From assembly GCF_963921235.1 (NCBI RefSeq), contig NC_086107.1, positions 99,140,001 to 99,204,000 on the forward strand: DNA of 64,000 nt, read 5' to 3'. Below are positions 26,023-38,794 of the stretch, piece after piece. Source of the DNA: Mobula hypostoma. Its lineage: Eukaryota. Position numbers and translations under genes: made by a program. Within the stretch, counting starts at the first letter, position 1, and every line of letters begins with the position of its first letter. The notes under the pieces are model-generated. The model ran no database searches. It had not been told where the DNA came from and saw only the letters and a program-made list of their open reading frames with translations.

Positions 26023-26311
26023 GGGCCACACGGTAGTGTAACGGTCAGCACAACGCTTTACAGTGCAGGCAACCCAGGTTCAATTCCCGCCGCTGCCTGT
26101 AAGGAGTTTGTACGTTCTCCCCGTGACCACGTGGTGACCTCCGGGTGCTCCGGTTTCCTCCCACAGTCCAAAGACCTACCAGTTGGTGGGTTAATTGGTC
26201 ATTGTAAATTGTCCTGTGATCAGGCTCGGGTTAAGTTGGGGTTTCTGGGTGATGTGGCTCGCAGAGCCAGAAGGGCATGTTCCACACTGAATTTCAGTAA
26301 CAAATAAATAA
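26023..26311 (+). mobile_element. tRNA-derived V-SINE (HE1-like)
   Basis: A box GGTAGTGTAACGG, B box GGTTCAATTCC, V-domain CCGGGTGCTCCGGTTTCCTCCCACAGTCCAAAG, (AAAT)n tail. Confidence 0.88.
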
Positions 26312-26752
26312 CGTACTCAGTAAAAACCATCGATACACAACCTCCGCTATGTTCATTAATCATCCGTAAAATCAATTCTCTTACATCGTGTCACAGAAAC
26401 ATAGAAAACCTACAGCACAATACAGGCCCTTCGGCCCACAATGCTGTGCCGAACACGTCCTTACTTTAGGTGTTATTATTGTACCTGCCTCAACCACTTC
26501 CTCCGGCAGTTCATTCCACATAGATACCACCCTTTGGGCTAAACCTTTCACCTCTCACCTTCAACCTTTGCCCTCTAGTTCTTGATGCCCAATCCTGGGA
26601 AAAAGAGTAGAATAGAACTTTATTGTCGTTGCTCAAGACAACGAGATTGTGGTGCTACTCCAGTCTGTGCAAAGCAGATATTTACAATGCATGTGGTATG
26701 ACTTAATTTTTTAAAATTTCCCATATTTGCACCCAACAATTAACTTTGATAG

Positions 26753-26979
26753 TGTTGCGTATTTAATACCTCAATAACGTTCAAGTAATCTTGTATATAT
26801 ATTGTTTGATTAAGCAGCCTTGTTTGTTTAAATAATTAATTACGGATTATATGTAAAAATGCATTAATTGCATACATCATCACACAACCACATAAAAGTA
26901 AAGACTAAGTTACACCTTCATTCTGACTCCTTTGTCTCCTTTGAATTAGTCTAATGTTTTGAAGGTACAAAACCTAACA
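26753..26979 (+). mobile_element. Short solo-LTR-like element
   Basis: TGTT...AACA termini, near-TSD GATAG/GTTAG; related copy at 53131-53346. Confidence 0.6.
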
Positions 26980-27245
26980 GTTAGTCCATAAAACTCAGAG
27001 GTCATTGGCAAGCCGGGTGTAGCATTAGTCAGCTTCACAACAGCCCTTGGCAAGAAGCTGTTCTTCAGTCTTACTGCCTTGGCTGAGATGCTTCTGTATC
27101 TCCTGCCGGGTGAACAGGCAGTGTCCGGGATGGGATGGGTCTTTAATAACGTTGGCAGCACGTAGGCACCCAGAGTTGTAGATAGTCTCCAGGTCCAGTA
27201 GTTGAGCCCTGATGGTGTGCTGAGCCGTCCTAATCATCCACTGGA

Positions 27246-28446
27246 GTGTCTTGTGATCTGTCTTGCTACCTGCTGAACCGTGACTACGCCCGCCTGGACA
27301 AGCCAGCGAGCGCTGTGAGGGTCACGTTTTTTGACTTCTCCAGTGTGTTCAACACCATCCGCCCTGCTCTGCTGGGGGAGAAGCTGACAGCGATGCAGGT
27401 GGATGCTTTCCTGGTGTCATGGATTCTTGACTACCTGACTGGCAGACCACAGTACGTGTGCTTGCAACACTGTGTGTCCGACAGAGTGATCAGCAGCACT
27501 GGGACTCCACAGGGGACTGTCTTGTCTCCCTTTCTCTTCACTATTTACACCTCGGACTTCAGCTACTGCACAGAGTCTTGTCATCTTCAGAAGTTTTCGG
27601 ATGACTCTGCCATAGTTGGATGTATCAGCAAGGAAGATGAGGCTGAGTACAGGGCTACGGTAGGAAACTTTGTCACATGGTGTGAGCAGAATTATCTGCA
27701 GCTTAATGTGAAAAAGACCAAGGAGCTGGTGGTAGACCTGAGGAGAGCTAAGGTACCAGTGACCCCTGTTTCCATCCAAGGGGTCAGTGTGGACATGGTG
27801 GAGGATTACAAACACCTGGGGATACGAATTGACAATAAACTGGACTGGTCAAAGAACACTGAGGCTGTTTACAAAAAGGGTCAGAGCTGTCTCTATTTCC
27901 TGAGGAGACTGAGGTCCTTTAACATCTGCCGGACAATGCTGAGGATGTTCGACAAGTCTGTGGTGGCCAGTGCGATCATGTTTGCTGTTGTGTGCTGGGG
28001 CAGCAGGCTGAGGGTAGCAGACACCAACAGAATCAACAAATTCATTTGTATGGCCAGTGATGTTGTGGGGATGGAACTGGATTCTCTGACGGTGTTGTCT
28101 GAAGAGAAGATGCTGTCCAAGTTGCATGCCATCTTGGTCAATGTCTCCCATCCACTACATAATGTACTGGGTGGGCACAGGAGTACATTCAGCCAGAGAC
28201 TCATTCCACCGAGATGCAACACAGAGCATCATAGGAAGTCATTCCTGCCTGTGGCCATCAAACTTTACAACTCCTCCCTTGGAGGGTCAGACACCCTGAG
28301 CCAATAGGCTGGTCCCGGACTTATTGCATAATTTACATATTACTATTTAACTATTTATGGTTTTATTACTATTTAATTAATTATGGTGCAACTGTAACGA
28401 AAACCAATTTCCCCCGGGATCAATAAAGTATGACTATGACTATGAC
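27246..28446 (+). mobile_element. Young Rex1/Babar LINE, 5'-truncated, with uninterrupted 353-codon RT/C-terminal frame (27246-28307)
   Basis: FFDFSSVFNTI, GTPQGTVLSPFLF, LQKFSDD, LNVKKTKELVVD; CAATAAAG(TATGAC)3 tail. Confidence 0.95.
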
Positions 28447-29168
28447 ACTGTTCATTCACGCTGTCTGTGCCCCTCATGATATTCTTTCCCCCTGTAAGGT
28501 CTCTTGTGTAATAAGGAGAAGCTGAACAGGCTAGGACTTAATTCCTAAACTCCAAAGAATAAAATCCTAGCCTGTCTAACTTTTCTCTACAACTCGAGGC
28601 CTGGCAGTACCCTCACAAATCGTTTCTGCACTCCTTCCAGCTTAATGACATCAGGGCAACAAAAACTGAACACAATAACTTATGAAGGTAAGGATAAAAC
28701 CTACAGATGAATCACACGTAAATAACAAACTAAAGTGCATTAATATTAAATACTATAAGGTACAGAACAGATTAGCCAGTGACACTTCGGATGTGATGCG
28801 GCTGGGAGCTCAGAAGCCTAATGGCCTGGGGGAAGAAACTGTTTCTCATCCTGACTGTCTTTGTCTTGATGCATCAGAGTTCCCTGCCTGATGGGAGAAA
28901 GTCAAAGAGGATGCTGGATGGATGGGTGGGATTCTTGGTGATACTGAGGGCTGCGTACACAGCACTCCCCCATGGATGGTAGGGAGACCCCCATGATCCT
29001 CTCACCTGTACAGTTAGCCAAATGAAGCGCAAGGGCCATGACTGGGACATAAAGAGTTCAGGTGTACATCTTTTAATGTGTCTTTTGGATCACAGTCAGA
29101 CTGGGGTGAACATTGTGGTGGTGAAATGGACAGGTGTGGGTGTGCTGTGGGAATAACAGAGAACGCAC

Positions 29169-29231
29169 CTCTCAGAAGATCACAAACATTTCTGGAAATT
29201 TGGAGGTTTGCAGAGCTGCACATTCAGCTGT
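29169..29231 (-). pseudogene. Candidate exon D (DS*MCSSANLQISRNVCDLLR), in-frame stop
   Basis: TCCTCCTTGCAG acceptor, GAG|GTGCGT donor, 63 nt, phase 1-1. Confidence 0.3.
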
Positions 29232-29650
29232 CTGCAAGGAGGACCAGCGCATCCCCTCACTTCAACAGGGGACAGCAGGTAAAGTGCCTGGGGCCAAAGG
29301 CACCCGTGGTGGGGGTGTGAACAGAGATTGCCTGTAGGTGGGATATGGGGCTCAGTCCAGGCTGAGAGGTCAGTCTGTCTGGAGTAACACCACTTTGAGG
29401 GTGAACTTAATAACTTTTATATTTCCTGTTACCACCAGGAAGTAAAAATATGCTATCGCAACAACCTGGAGCTGAATGACGGAGATGCATTTTGACTTCA
29501 GGAGAAATGTGTCTCCTCGCCACCCACTCACCATTAACTCTACAGTTAGCACAGGCTCAGCATTCGGGTCCCTGGCATCGTTGTTTCACAGGAGCTTATG
29601 TGGGAGAGCCATACCCCCTTTATTAACAAACAGGCTTGGCAGAGGATGCA

Positions 29651-30171
29651 CAGGACCGTGCAAAAGTCTTAGGCACCACATATATATCTAAGGTCCGCAA
29701 GATTTTTGCACAGTGCTGTATTTGTCAAGATGGAGCAGAGAGTGAATCTGCAAATCTGGTGGGAGCAAAGGGCGTTGGGAATCGCGAGGGTGGAGCGCCA
29801 ATGGAGGGGGGGGTGGGACGGGTAACAGAGAGGGAGTGCCAGGGGTGGGGTTGACATGGGCGCAGACACACCCAGCCCTGAGACACCAGGTAAGGTAATT
29901 TGATTCCAAATGATTGATTTGTTGATCATTACGGAATGTCTCTCTGGTGCTTCCCACTCCCTCCCCTCTCCCTTCCCCTTGTCCCAACCATGATTCCCCT
30001 CTCCCTGTCCCCGTCCCACTCTCAGTCCACAACAGAGACCCATATCAGAATCAGGTTTATCATCACTCACACATGTCATAAAATTTGTTTTTTTTTGAGG
30101 TATAAAATTATTACAGTACTGAGGAAAAGTCTTAGCTACATGTACGTGCCTAAGGCTTTTGCAAACTACTG
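29651..30171. mobile_element. Composite element: mini-MITE + ~395-bp core + mini-MITE, copy 1
   Basis: Mini-MITEs at 29651-29718 and 30114-30171; whole unit recurs inverted at 61201-61716. Confidence 0.75.
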
Positions 30172-31740
30172 CATTTATTGAAGAAGTTGGCAAAATTCCA
30201 TCTTGCTCAGAACGTGCTGGTACAATTCTACCTGCTGTAACATCAAAATAAAATTTACTATCAGAGTACATACATGTCACCACATACACCCTGAGATCCT
30301 TCTTCCAGCAGGCATACTCAGCAAATCTATAGAGCAGCAACTGTAAGTAGGATCAATGAACAACAAACTGTGCCAATACAGGTATAAATAAATAGCAATA
30401 AATAACGAGCATGAAATAACAAGATAAAAGACTCCTTAAATGAGTGTAGCTATCCCCTTTTGTCCAAGAGCCTGATGGTTGAGGTGTAGTAACCTGGTGG
30501 CGCTAGTCCTGGGGCACTTGTACCTTCTATCTAGTGGAGGCAGTGAGAAAGGAACCTGGCCTGGGTGGTGGGGATCGTTGACGATGGATGCTGCTTTCCT
30601 ATAGCAACGATTCGTGTAGATGTGCTCAATGGTTGGGAGGGTTTTACCCCTGATGTACTGGGCCACGATGGAGAGCATCCTCACATCGACCATTACTGTC
30701 TGCTTGGCGTAGCATCCTCTCACAATATAGGAAAGCCACAGCAAACTATTAGCTTAGCAGAAAAGGTCACTGGCTGCAGAATTCCAGCATTGCGGGACTT
30801 GTCTGCATTCAGGCTGAAAAAGCAAGCAGGGAAAATCATTGTGGACACTTTCTACTTTTGCCGGTTACACTCCTGGCATTTAGGATAGCAATGAAGGTCC
30901 TCCATCTCTGGCGATGTTCAAAGCTTCCTTCATTGCATCAGTAGCTTGGTTTTCACTCCTGACAGTCATGCAAGTCCCGGGTGGAGACTCAGGAATACCG
31001 TCCCGTTCAGATGTAGTAGGATCTTTCTTGCTGTTTCCGTAGCAGTTTTTGTTTCATCAGTCAGGGTCGTTATCCTTGAGCTGAACCCCCGAACCTGGAG
31101 GACTGGTGACCACTCCTAGTCTGTCCTCTACCCTTTGACCTGTTTGGCATGGGTAACCCTACCAACAGCCAAAGCATGAAGCCCTGATTCTGGCCAACAG
31201 AGCTCTCTAGGTCATTGGGGCAGGCAACCCTCTAAACACAACGACAAGGTTGTCGTCCCCTTGTAGGATCAGGGTCACTACCCACCCAGCAAACTGCCTT
31301 TTGGAAATCACTATTAAAATAAAAACTTTAAACCATCTTCAAAGATCCGCCCCCCCACATGATCAACCATTAGCTCCCCCCACCCCCTCCCCTTCAGTGA
31401 CTGCAATGCTCCGTCTACACTTTAAACTGCTTTTTATAATGCTGTTTACATGCTGGTATTTAAGTATTTATGCACGTTTTATTCCATATCTGCACTCTAA
31501 CCTTTATTTTTTATATGATTCTTCATTCTTTATTATTGTTGAAGGTTTTTTGTTGCACGTCGTGCCAACCCAGCATGACAAATTCAGAAAACACATGTAA
31601 ATTTAAGTGGAGAATAAAGCTGTGCCTTGATTCTTGATCTTCTGCCTGAGCTGAGCTTTGGTAGGGAACAATCTGGAGGAGTCTCATCTGATGTGAGACA
31701 GCGGGTCACTGGAGCACAAGGATGAATGGCTGTCCCATAC

Positions 31741-31857
31741 CCTGAATCCACCGACGCGGCAGAAGGAACGCATCTTGGGGAGGGGCACTACAGTGCCCGT
31801 CGCAGCAGCTGTGGGTGAGGCTGGCTCTTGGTCGAGAGCCTGGCGTCGACCAGGACC
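31741..31857 (-). pseudogene. Candidate exon C (...PQDAFLLPRRWIQ)
   Basis: CCCCACAG acceptor, AGG|GTATGG donor, 117 nt, open in phase 1-1, CpG-rich. Confidence 0.3.
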
Positions 31858-32479
31858 CTGTGGGGTGGGCTGTATCGGTGCGGACTGAGCCGGATGCAGC
31901 GAGGGAGGATTATACTCAGCTGTGTAGGCAGTTCAATGCTGCGAGTGATATTACATTGGGCCAGGACTGGGTGATGTCAGCTTAGCAAGAGAAACTAATT
32001 ACAGGCACAATTAAAGTGTAGATTTTAGAAGGAATCTGAAGATGGAAGCTCAGGGGTGAAGGCTTTCTGGCTAATTATGCATTCAGAAACTATATTATAC
32101 AACATATTATGAATTAAGAATTAATGTGGCATGGGATGTGAGATTAGCTCTGCATAAGGCGTATTGGGAGAAGAGCTATTAAAGAGCTGTGGAGATTAAC
32201 TTTATAGGGTGGAGGATTAAAGAAGAGAGAAATTATGCTTCTTTAAACTTACGGCAGTGTTTAAAAGAGTTTCTGAATGTAATTCATTGCACTATTTCAC
32301 AGGGAAACAAATAGTTATTGGAATTATTTAATGTGCTTAATAAATGTATTACATCAGTGCTGATTTGTGAGATGGGCATTTGTGGACAATGGCACGGACT
32401 GGGTACAATTGGAGCAGGTTTATTTGGGTGAATCAGCACCAGATTATATGATAGTTGTGTCATATTAATTCGTATTAAT

Positions 32480-33162
32480 AGGCTCACCCCTATTGACATC
32501 AATGGATCTGAGGTTGAGACGGTGAACAGCTTCAAGTTCCTCAGCATAAACATCACCGAGGATCTCACGTGGTCTATACATACCAGCTGTGCGGTGAAAA
32601 AAGCACAACAGCACCTCTTTCACCTCAGATAGTTGAAGAAGTTTGGGATGGGCCCCCAAATCCTAAGGACTTTCTACAGGGACACAATTGAGAACATCCT
32701 GACTGGCTACATCACTGCCTGGTACGGGAACTGTACCTCCCTCAATCACAGGACTCTGCAGAGAGTGGTGCGGACAGCCCAGTGCATCTGTAGATGTGAA
32801 CTTCCCACTATTCAGGACATTTACAGTGACAGGTGCATAAAAAGGGCCCGAAGGATCACTGGGGACCCAAGTCACCCCAACTACAAACTATTCCAGTTGC
32901 TACCATCCGGGAAACGGTACCGCAGCATAAAAGCCAGGACCAACAGGCTCTGGGACAGCTTCTTCCACCAGACCATCAGACTGATTAATTCATGCTGACA
33001 CAATTGTATTTCTATGTTATATTGGCTGTCCTGTTGTACATACTATTTATTATAAATTACTATGAATTGCACATTGTATACAATATTCAGATGGAGATGT
33101 AACATAAAGATTTTTACTCATGTATGTGAAGAATGTAAGAAATAAAGTCAATTCAGTTCAAT
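32480..33162 (+). mobile_element. Rex1/Babar LINE 3' fragment
   Basis: KKFGMGPQILRTFY...ITAWYGNC...LPSGKRYRSIKARTNRL; AATAAAGTCAATTCA tail. Confidence 0.9.
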
Positions 33163-33351
33163 TAGTGTGTTTTAGTACATATCATATGAGAATAGGCTGA
33201 GTGAGCTAGGGCTTTTCTCTTTGGAGCGAAGAAGGATGGGAGGTGACTTGACAGAGGCGTATAAGATGATAAGAGGCATAGAGCAAGTGGATAGCCCGAG
33301 ACTTACTTAGGACAGGAATATGAGGGGACATAACTTTAAGGTGATTGGAGG

Positions 33352-33622
33352 ATGGCACGGTGGCTTGGTGGTTGGCACAATATTTTACAGTCCTGGGTTC
33401 AATTCTCGCTACTGCCGGTAAGGAGTTTGTACGTTCTCCCCGTGACCGCGTGTGTTTCCTCCGGGTGCTCCGGTTTCCTCCCACAGTCCAAAGGCGTACT
33501 GGTTGGAAGGTTAATCGGTCATTGTAAATTGTCCTGTGATTAGACTAGGATTAAATCGGGGAATTGCTAGGCAGCACGGCTCGAGGGAGCCAGAAGGGTC
33601 TATTCCACGCTGTATCTCAACA
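33352..33622 (+). mobile_element. V-SINE (HE1-like) inserted in a CR1 3' fragment (33180-33880)
   Basis: B box GGTTCAATTC and V-domain; CR1 sequence resumes on both sides. Confidence 0.85.
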
Positions 33623-34023
33623 AAGTATTGGGAGGGGATGTCAGGGGTAAGATTTTTTTACAGAGAGTGGTGTGCGTGTGGAACATCCAACCAGGGGTGA
33701 TGCTAGAGGCAGACTAGAAGCACTTCAAAAAAACTTTTAGATAAGCCCATGGATGGTAGAAAAATGGAGGGCTATGTAGGAAGGAAGGGTTAGATTGATC
33801 TTAGAGTAGGTTCAAAGTTCAGCATAGCATTGTGGGCTGAAGGGCCAGTACTGTGCTGTAAGGTTCTATATTGCATATGTTATGTTCATCACAAGCAGGG
33901 GTTCCCACCTGGGGTCTATGGACCCCTTGGTTAATGGTAGGGGTCCATGGCATTAAAATAGTTAGGAACCCCTGATTGTGTGGTGTCTTTAAAGGAGAGT
34001 CGTATATCTGCTTGTGAATTTAC

Positions 34024-34165
34024 CTTTAAGAACTCTCAGCGCCATATCGTTTGACCTTCGATAAACTGTTGTGCCTGCCCCTGCCGTTAACTGAGTGTTT
34101 GACAACCTCTATTTTGATGGTGATATGCTTGTTATCTACTTCAGCGAGCAGGAACACAATACGAC
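34024..34165 (-). pseudogene. Candidate exon B (VVLCSCSLK*...ALRVLK), two in-frame stops
   Basis: TGTGTGCAG|G acceptor, AAG|GTAAAT donor, 142 nt, phase 0-1. Confidence 0.3.
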
Positions 34166-34313
34166 CTGCACACAATACACTTGCTCCACAGGGGCCGCAC
34201 AGCTGCAGAATTTTACAATTGGACAATAATTATGGGTTGGTATTCTTGGTTTTGGGAACAACAATAACTTTAGAATGGCATCATACTTTAGAGATTAGTC
34301 CATTGTCAAGGAT

Positions 34314-34517
34314 TGGTATTCCTCTTCATTCCTGGTGGCACCTAGGGGCGGAAAACTTGCCGTTTCTTTAGCATTTTTACCTGTTTTTTTTAATGAGTTG
34401 CTAGCTCGACGCTCAACCCAGCACAGGTGGAAAGCGTGCAAGGAGCTGGCTGGATTCGAACCCAGGACCACTCGCCTCAAAGTCCGGTACTGATACCACT
34501 ACACCACCGGCCAGGAG
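34314..34517 (-). mobile_element. tRNA-derived SINE with 10-bp TSD
   Basis: GGTGGTGTAGTGG A box, GGTTCGAATCC B box; TSD TGTCAAGGAT at 34304-34313 and 34518-34527. Confidence 0.88.
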
Positions 34518-34759
34518 TGTCAAGGATGCAAACTAACCTAGCTCTATTTTTCTTCAAAAGTTCTTGATTAGTCTAATCTCTGAAAAAAAAAAGAGCTCAA
34601 AGATCTTTTAAATCTCATTGGCCACTCGAGGGAAGAGCAGCCAATGTATGTTCAGTGGACACACATGACCCAGGTGGGTGGAGGCACGAGGCAGATCCAG
34701 CACTGGGAACAAGGCCCAGGCAGCATTCAATTGAATGTGCCATCAAGGAGCCTCAGCTA

Positions 34760-35732
34760 AACTGGAGTCGGTGTGAATCGGGGGGAGCACCCACCTGTTG
34801 GAATGATATCTACAGAAGGGAAGATGGTGTGGTGGTTGGAGGGTAACCACAGGACACCTCAGCAGGAGTTCCCCTGGTTAGTACCCTAGGCCCAACCATC
34901 TCCAACTGTTCCATCAAAGACCTTCCTCCATCACAAGTTCAGAAGCAGGATGCTCGCTGATGATTGAGCAATGTTCAGCACCTTCCGTGACTCTTCTGAT
35001 AACGAAGCAATCCACAACAAGGTGCATCAAGACCTGGCCGACATCTGGACCTGGCCGATAGCTGGCAAGGAACATTTGTGCCACTCAAGTGACGATGTCC
35101 AGAAGAGAAAATCCGGCTGGTACCCACTGACAATCCACGGCATTATCTTCATCGAATCCCCCACTATCAATATCTTGGGAGTTACCATTGATCAGAAGCT
35201 GGACTGGAGTAGCCATGACAAGAGCAGGTCAGAGACTGGGAATCCTGTGGTGAGTAACTCCCCTCCATCATCTACAGGGCTCGTCAGGAGTGTGACAGAA
35301 CCACGTACTCCTCACTTGTCTGGCTGAGGGCAACTTCAACAACAGTCAGGAAACTCAACAGTGCACAGGATACAGCTGCCTGGTTGACTGGCACTACAAC
35401 TGTTCACTCTCTCCACCACTGATGAACAGTAGCACTAGTCTGTACCGTCTACAGGACGCACTCACCAAGACTCTTTAGACAGCACCTTCCAAAACCACTA
35501 TCTCTGTCGGCTAGAAGAACAAGGGAGGAGAAAGTCTCAGAACACTAGTGTCTGGAATTTGCCCTCCAAACCACACACCATCCTAACTGAGCAGTATATA
35601 ACCGTCACAGGGTCACAGACCTGGAACTCAACAGTTTAGAAGACAGCTCCCCATCACCTTCTGAAGGGTGATGAGGGATGAGCAGTTGACCACTGGATCA
35701 ACCTCTGAAGCCCTCGCACCTTGAATGAATAG
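34760..35732 (+). mobile_element. Ancient CR1/L2-clade LINE RT and 3' remnant
   Basis: Decayed GVPLGSTLGP...ADD and ILGVTIDQKLDW motifs. Confidence 0.7.
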
Positions 35733-35747
35733 AAAGGCATGCCTCAC

Positions 35748-35841
35748 CTCCAGCCTACGGCAGAGGTGCCCAACCCTCAGCAGCATCTCCACTGGCCACC
35801 GACAGGATGCTCACATGCTCTATGTACGTGTTGAAGGATTC
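35748..35841 (-). pseudogene. Candidate exon A (ESFNTYIEHVSILSVASGDAA / RVGHLCRRLE), 1-nt frameshift
   Basis: TTGTCATCTTAG acceptor, GAG|GTGAGG donor, 94 nt. RVGHLCRRLE resembles the RUN N-terminal helix (SNX29-type RVxxLCxxxE). Confidence 0.4.
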
Positions 35842-35940
35842 CTAAGATGACAAGATGAAACCTTGACCTCACAATCTACCGGCCTTCGCTGCACTTTCTC
35901 TGTAGCTGCTACACTTTATTCTGCGTTGTTATCTTTAAAC

Positions 35941-36750
35941 CGTGACGGGTTAAAGATCCAGCAGAAATGGAAAAAACACTTTGGAGTCTGGTATTGCTAT
36001 TAACTGCGCAATACAGTAATATAAATGCAGCTAAATCAAAAAGGTTAGCAATGATTATATATATAAGTGTGGAAATATATGAAAACCAAGCTTCTTCAAG
36101 TCTAGGGGTAAATAGATAATTTTACGATGATGAGTAAATTTCGGTTCAGTTCGTGGTATTGAGTTTAGTGATGGAGAGAGAGAGAGGGAGAGATTTGAAT
36201 CTTCAGGTGAGCTGACACCGTCGATCTTCCCGTTGTCCTCCGAATTCCTTTAGAAGTCACCGACTGTGACCAAAACAAAAGGTACCATTCTTCTGTGGTG
36301 GAATTATCAACCCAGGCGAGGGTCAGACACATGAATAACTCCCCACCAGTCACATCCCTTTTCACGCTGCGAGAGCCACTGATTGATCCGCCTGATCAAT
36401 CCTCCAAAACCCACCTTTTCTGCGGGCACAACAAAGCTCATTCAGTGTCCAAAACTGTAGGTCTAACATCTGACCTTCTATTTATCTCACCGTGTCTGTA
36501 GGTCTAACATCTGACCTTCTATTTATCTCACTGTGCTGAACACCAACAGTCCATCAAGCAGCTCCTCCCTTCTCTCGCTGTAAGAACTTGGAAGCTGCTA
36601 GTGTCCTTACAAAAGTGTAAACATGCTGCCAAAAAACCATAACACCAGCTCAAAGCAGTCTTCACCTCTCTCTCTCGATAACAAAGAACAACATCTCTCT
36701 CTCTCTTTTCAAAAGTACAGTTTATAGGGGTAATTCAGGATCCTGTCACA
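35941..36750 (-). mobile_element. Probable solo LTR (~810 bp) with internal 41-bp tandem duplication (36455-36535)
   Basis: Inverted termini (C)GTGAC...GTCACA; interrupts a LINE tail; TSD not clear. Confidence 0.6.
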
Positions 36751-37164
36751 GTAATGATCTGACCTGTACGACAATAATAAACCAATTCTAATTCCATTAG
36801 GGAAGACGCTCGCTGCTCCAAGTGGTACCTGTGGCCACAAACCCAATCACTGAGCAGATCGCATCAAACTGCCGAGCAAGGGCTGCACAAGGGTCCTCAC
36901 ACTCTCCCACCATTGGGGGCAACTTCAAAAAGTGGTGCCTTAAGGATGTGGCATCCATTAGTAAGGATCATCACCATTAGGACGTGCCGTCTTCTCAGGA
37001 CTACTGTTAGGAGCGGTGCAGGAGCCTGAAGACCCACACACAATCTTTTGAAAACAGCTGCTTCCCCTCAGCCATCAGATTTCTGAAAGGTCCATGAATT
37101 CACGAATACTACAACACTATTCCTCTTTTGCATTATCTATCTGCCTGTCTTAGTCTGTCTATCT

Positions 37165-37560
37165 GTTTATTTAAATTTAATTAAATTTACATTTAATTGT
37201 CATTCAACCATACATGAGTACCTATGAATATAGCCAAACAAGACAGCATTACTACGGGGTCAAGGTACAAAACACAGTACCAACAGTCACACACAGCACA
37301 AAGCACACATAGCACATATAAGATAGCAAGCACATACAGATATCAGTAAGATATAGCCACGCAATAGAAGAGTCCAAACTCAAGCCATCCAATGCTGCAG
37401 AAATCTGCAGCCGACCGCAATAGAGCTCATCTTCTGCCGGGCGAACGCTGGGGGGCCGCACAGACCCCAGCCCGGACGCTGCTCACACTGCCCCTGGTGG
37501 AGCACACGGGCTCTGGCGGCTGTTGACGGCCGACTCCGCAGCTTGAGGCCTAGTCCGCGC
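37165..37560 (-). mobile_element. Retroposon family B, truncated copy
   Basis: Homology to 14400-14923. Confidence 0.6.
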
Positions 37561-37662
37561 ACTTGGGAGACCTCCTAAAGAATCATTGGATGGTGGGGGG
37601 AGGGGGTGTTGGGGGCGAAGGGGGGAAGTGAAGGTAGAATTGCAGCATGAGCTCTGTATAAC

Positions 37663-37984
37663 CAGCTGCTGAATGATGTGTAATACCCACATTGATGTGA
37701 GGCCATTACACACTAAGTGGCTCTGTGGGAAAATCACACAATTCTATTACAGAGATGTACACAGACAGATTCACATTTTCATATATTTTATGTTCCAGGA
37801 CTGAGCCTTAAATAAATTGTGTGGGCATTAAGCATATTGTCAGACTAAAAGTATTTTGATTATGGACTGCTTTTACAATGATCATAAGGTCAAGGGGAGT
37901 CCAGAATCGTGACAGGTTTTTGCTGGAGAAGATAATGTTTGTGTCGGAGAAAGCGGTAACCGAGGGAAACTGATCCAAGGTAAC
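37663..37984 (-). pseudogene. Two candidate PTB-like exons: 37984-37877 (VTLDQFPSVTAFSD...) and 37722-37663 (SHLVCNGLTSMWVLHIIQQL)
   Basis: Strong acceptors TTTTTTTGCAG|G and TTTTCCCACAG; weak donors; both open in phase 0. Confidence 0.28.
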
Positions 37985-38794
37985 CTGCAAAAAAACCTTA
38001 GAAACAATCCTACAGTGAGCTATTGTGATCGGGAAGGGCAATGGAAGGAGATTCAGTCATAATAACTTGCTAAAGGGAATTCAGAGTATTTCAGAATCAC
38101 CAGCATATGTCATGAAATTTGCTGTTTTACTGCACCAATACATAATGATAAAGACTATAAATTACAGTAAGTACATCGATAAAAAATTAAATAAATAGTA
38201 CAAAAAGACAGGAAAAAATTGTGTAGTGATGTTCCTGGGTTCATTGTCCATTCAGAAATCTGATGGCAGAGGGAAAGAAGTTGTTCCAGAAACATTGAAT
38301 GTGTGTCTTCAGGCTCCTGTATCTCCTCTTGGTGGTAGCAATGAGAAAAGTGCACATCCTGGGTGATGGGGGTCCTTGATGATGGATGCCTCCTTGTTGA
38401 GGCATCGCCTTTAGAAGGTGACCATTTAGAGGACAATTAGCAGAACTATCCGAAATGAAAGGAGAATGGGATTACGTGATTAATCTGTTATCAGGGACAC
38501 AGTGGGATAAATAGCCTCCTAGGGTTCCATTTCGTTCTGTGAGCCTTATCTCCCTTGCGTAGCTATTCTGTTACTGTAGGCATCTCGGAGATTCATGGGC
38601 ATACACTCCACCATCTGCAGACGTGCCTTTACTGATCTTCACTGAGGAAGAGAAGTGCAAAGGCAGCAAGCCCCCTGGCCATCAGTGTCCTAGGATGGCT
38701 GACGCAAACTCCGTAGGACTAAAGTTCAAGTTAAAAGTACATTTATTATCAAAGTATGTATATATTATACAACCTTGAGATTCATCTGCTTACG

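Noticed and set aside
26023..26095. tRNA gene (also 34440-34515 and 56415-56489)
   Set aside because: A/B boxes run directly into SINE bodies with tails or TSDs; no full cloverleaf.
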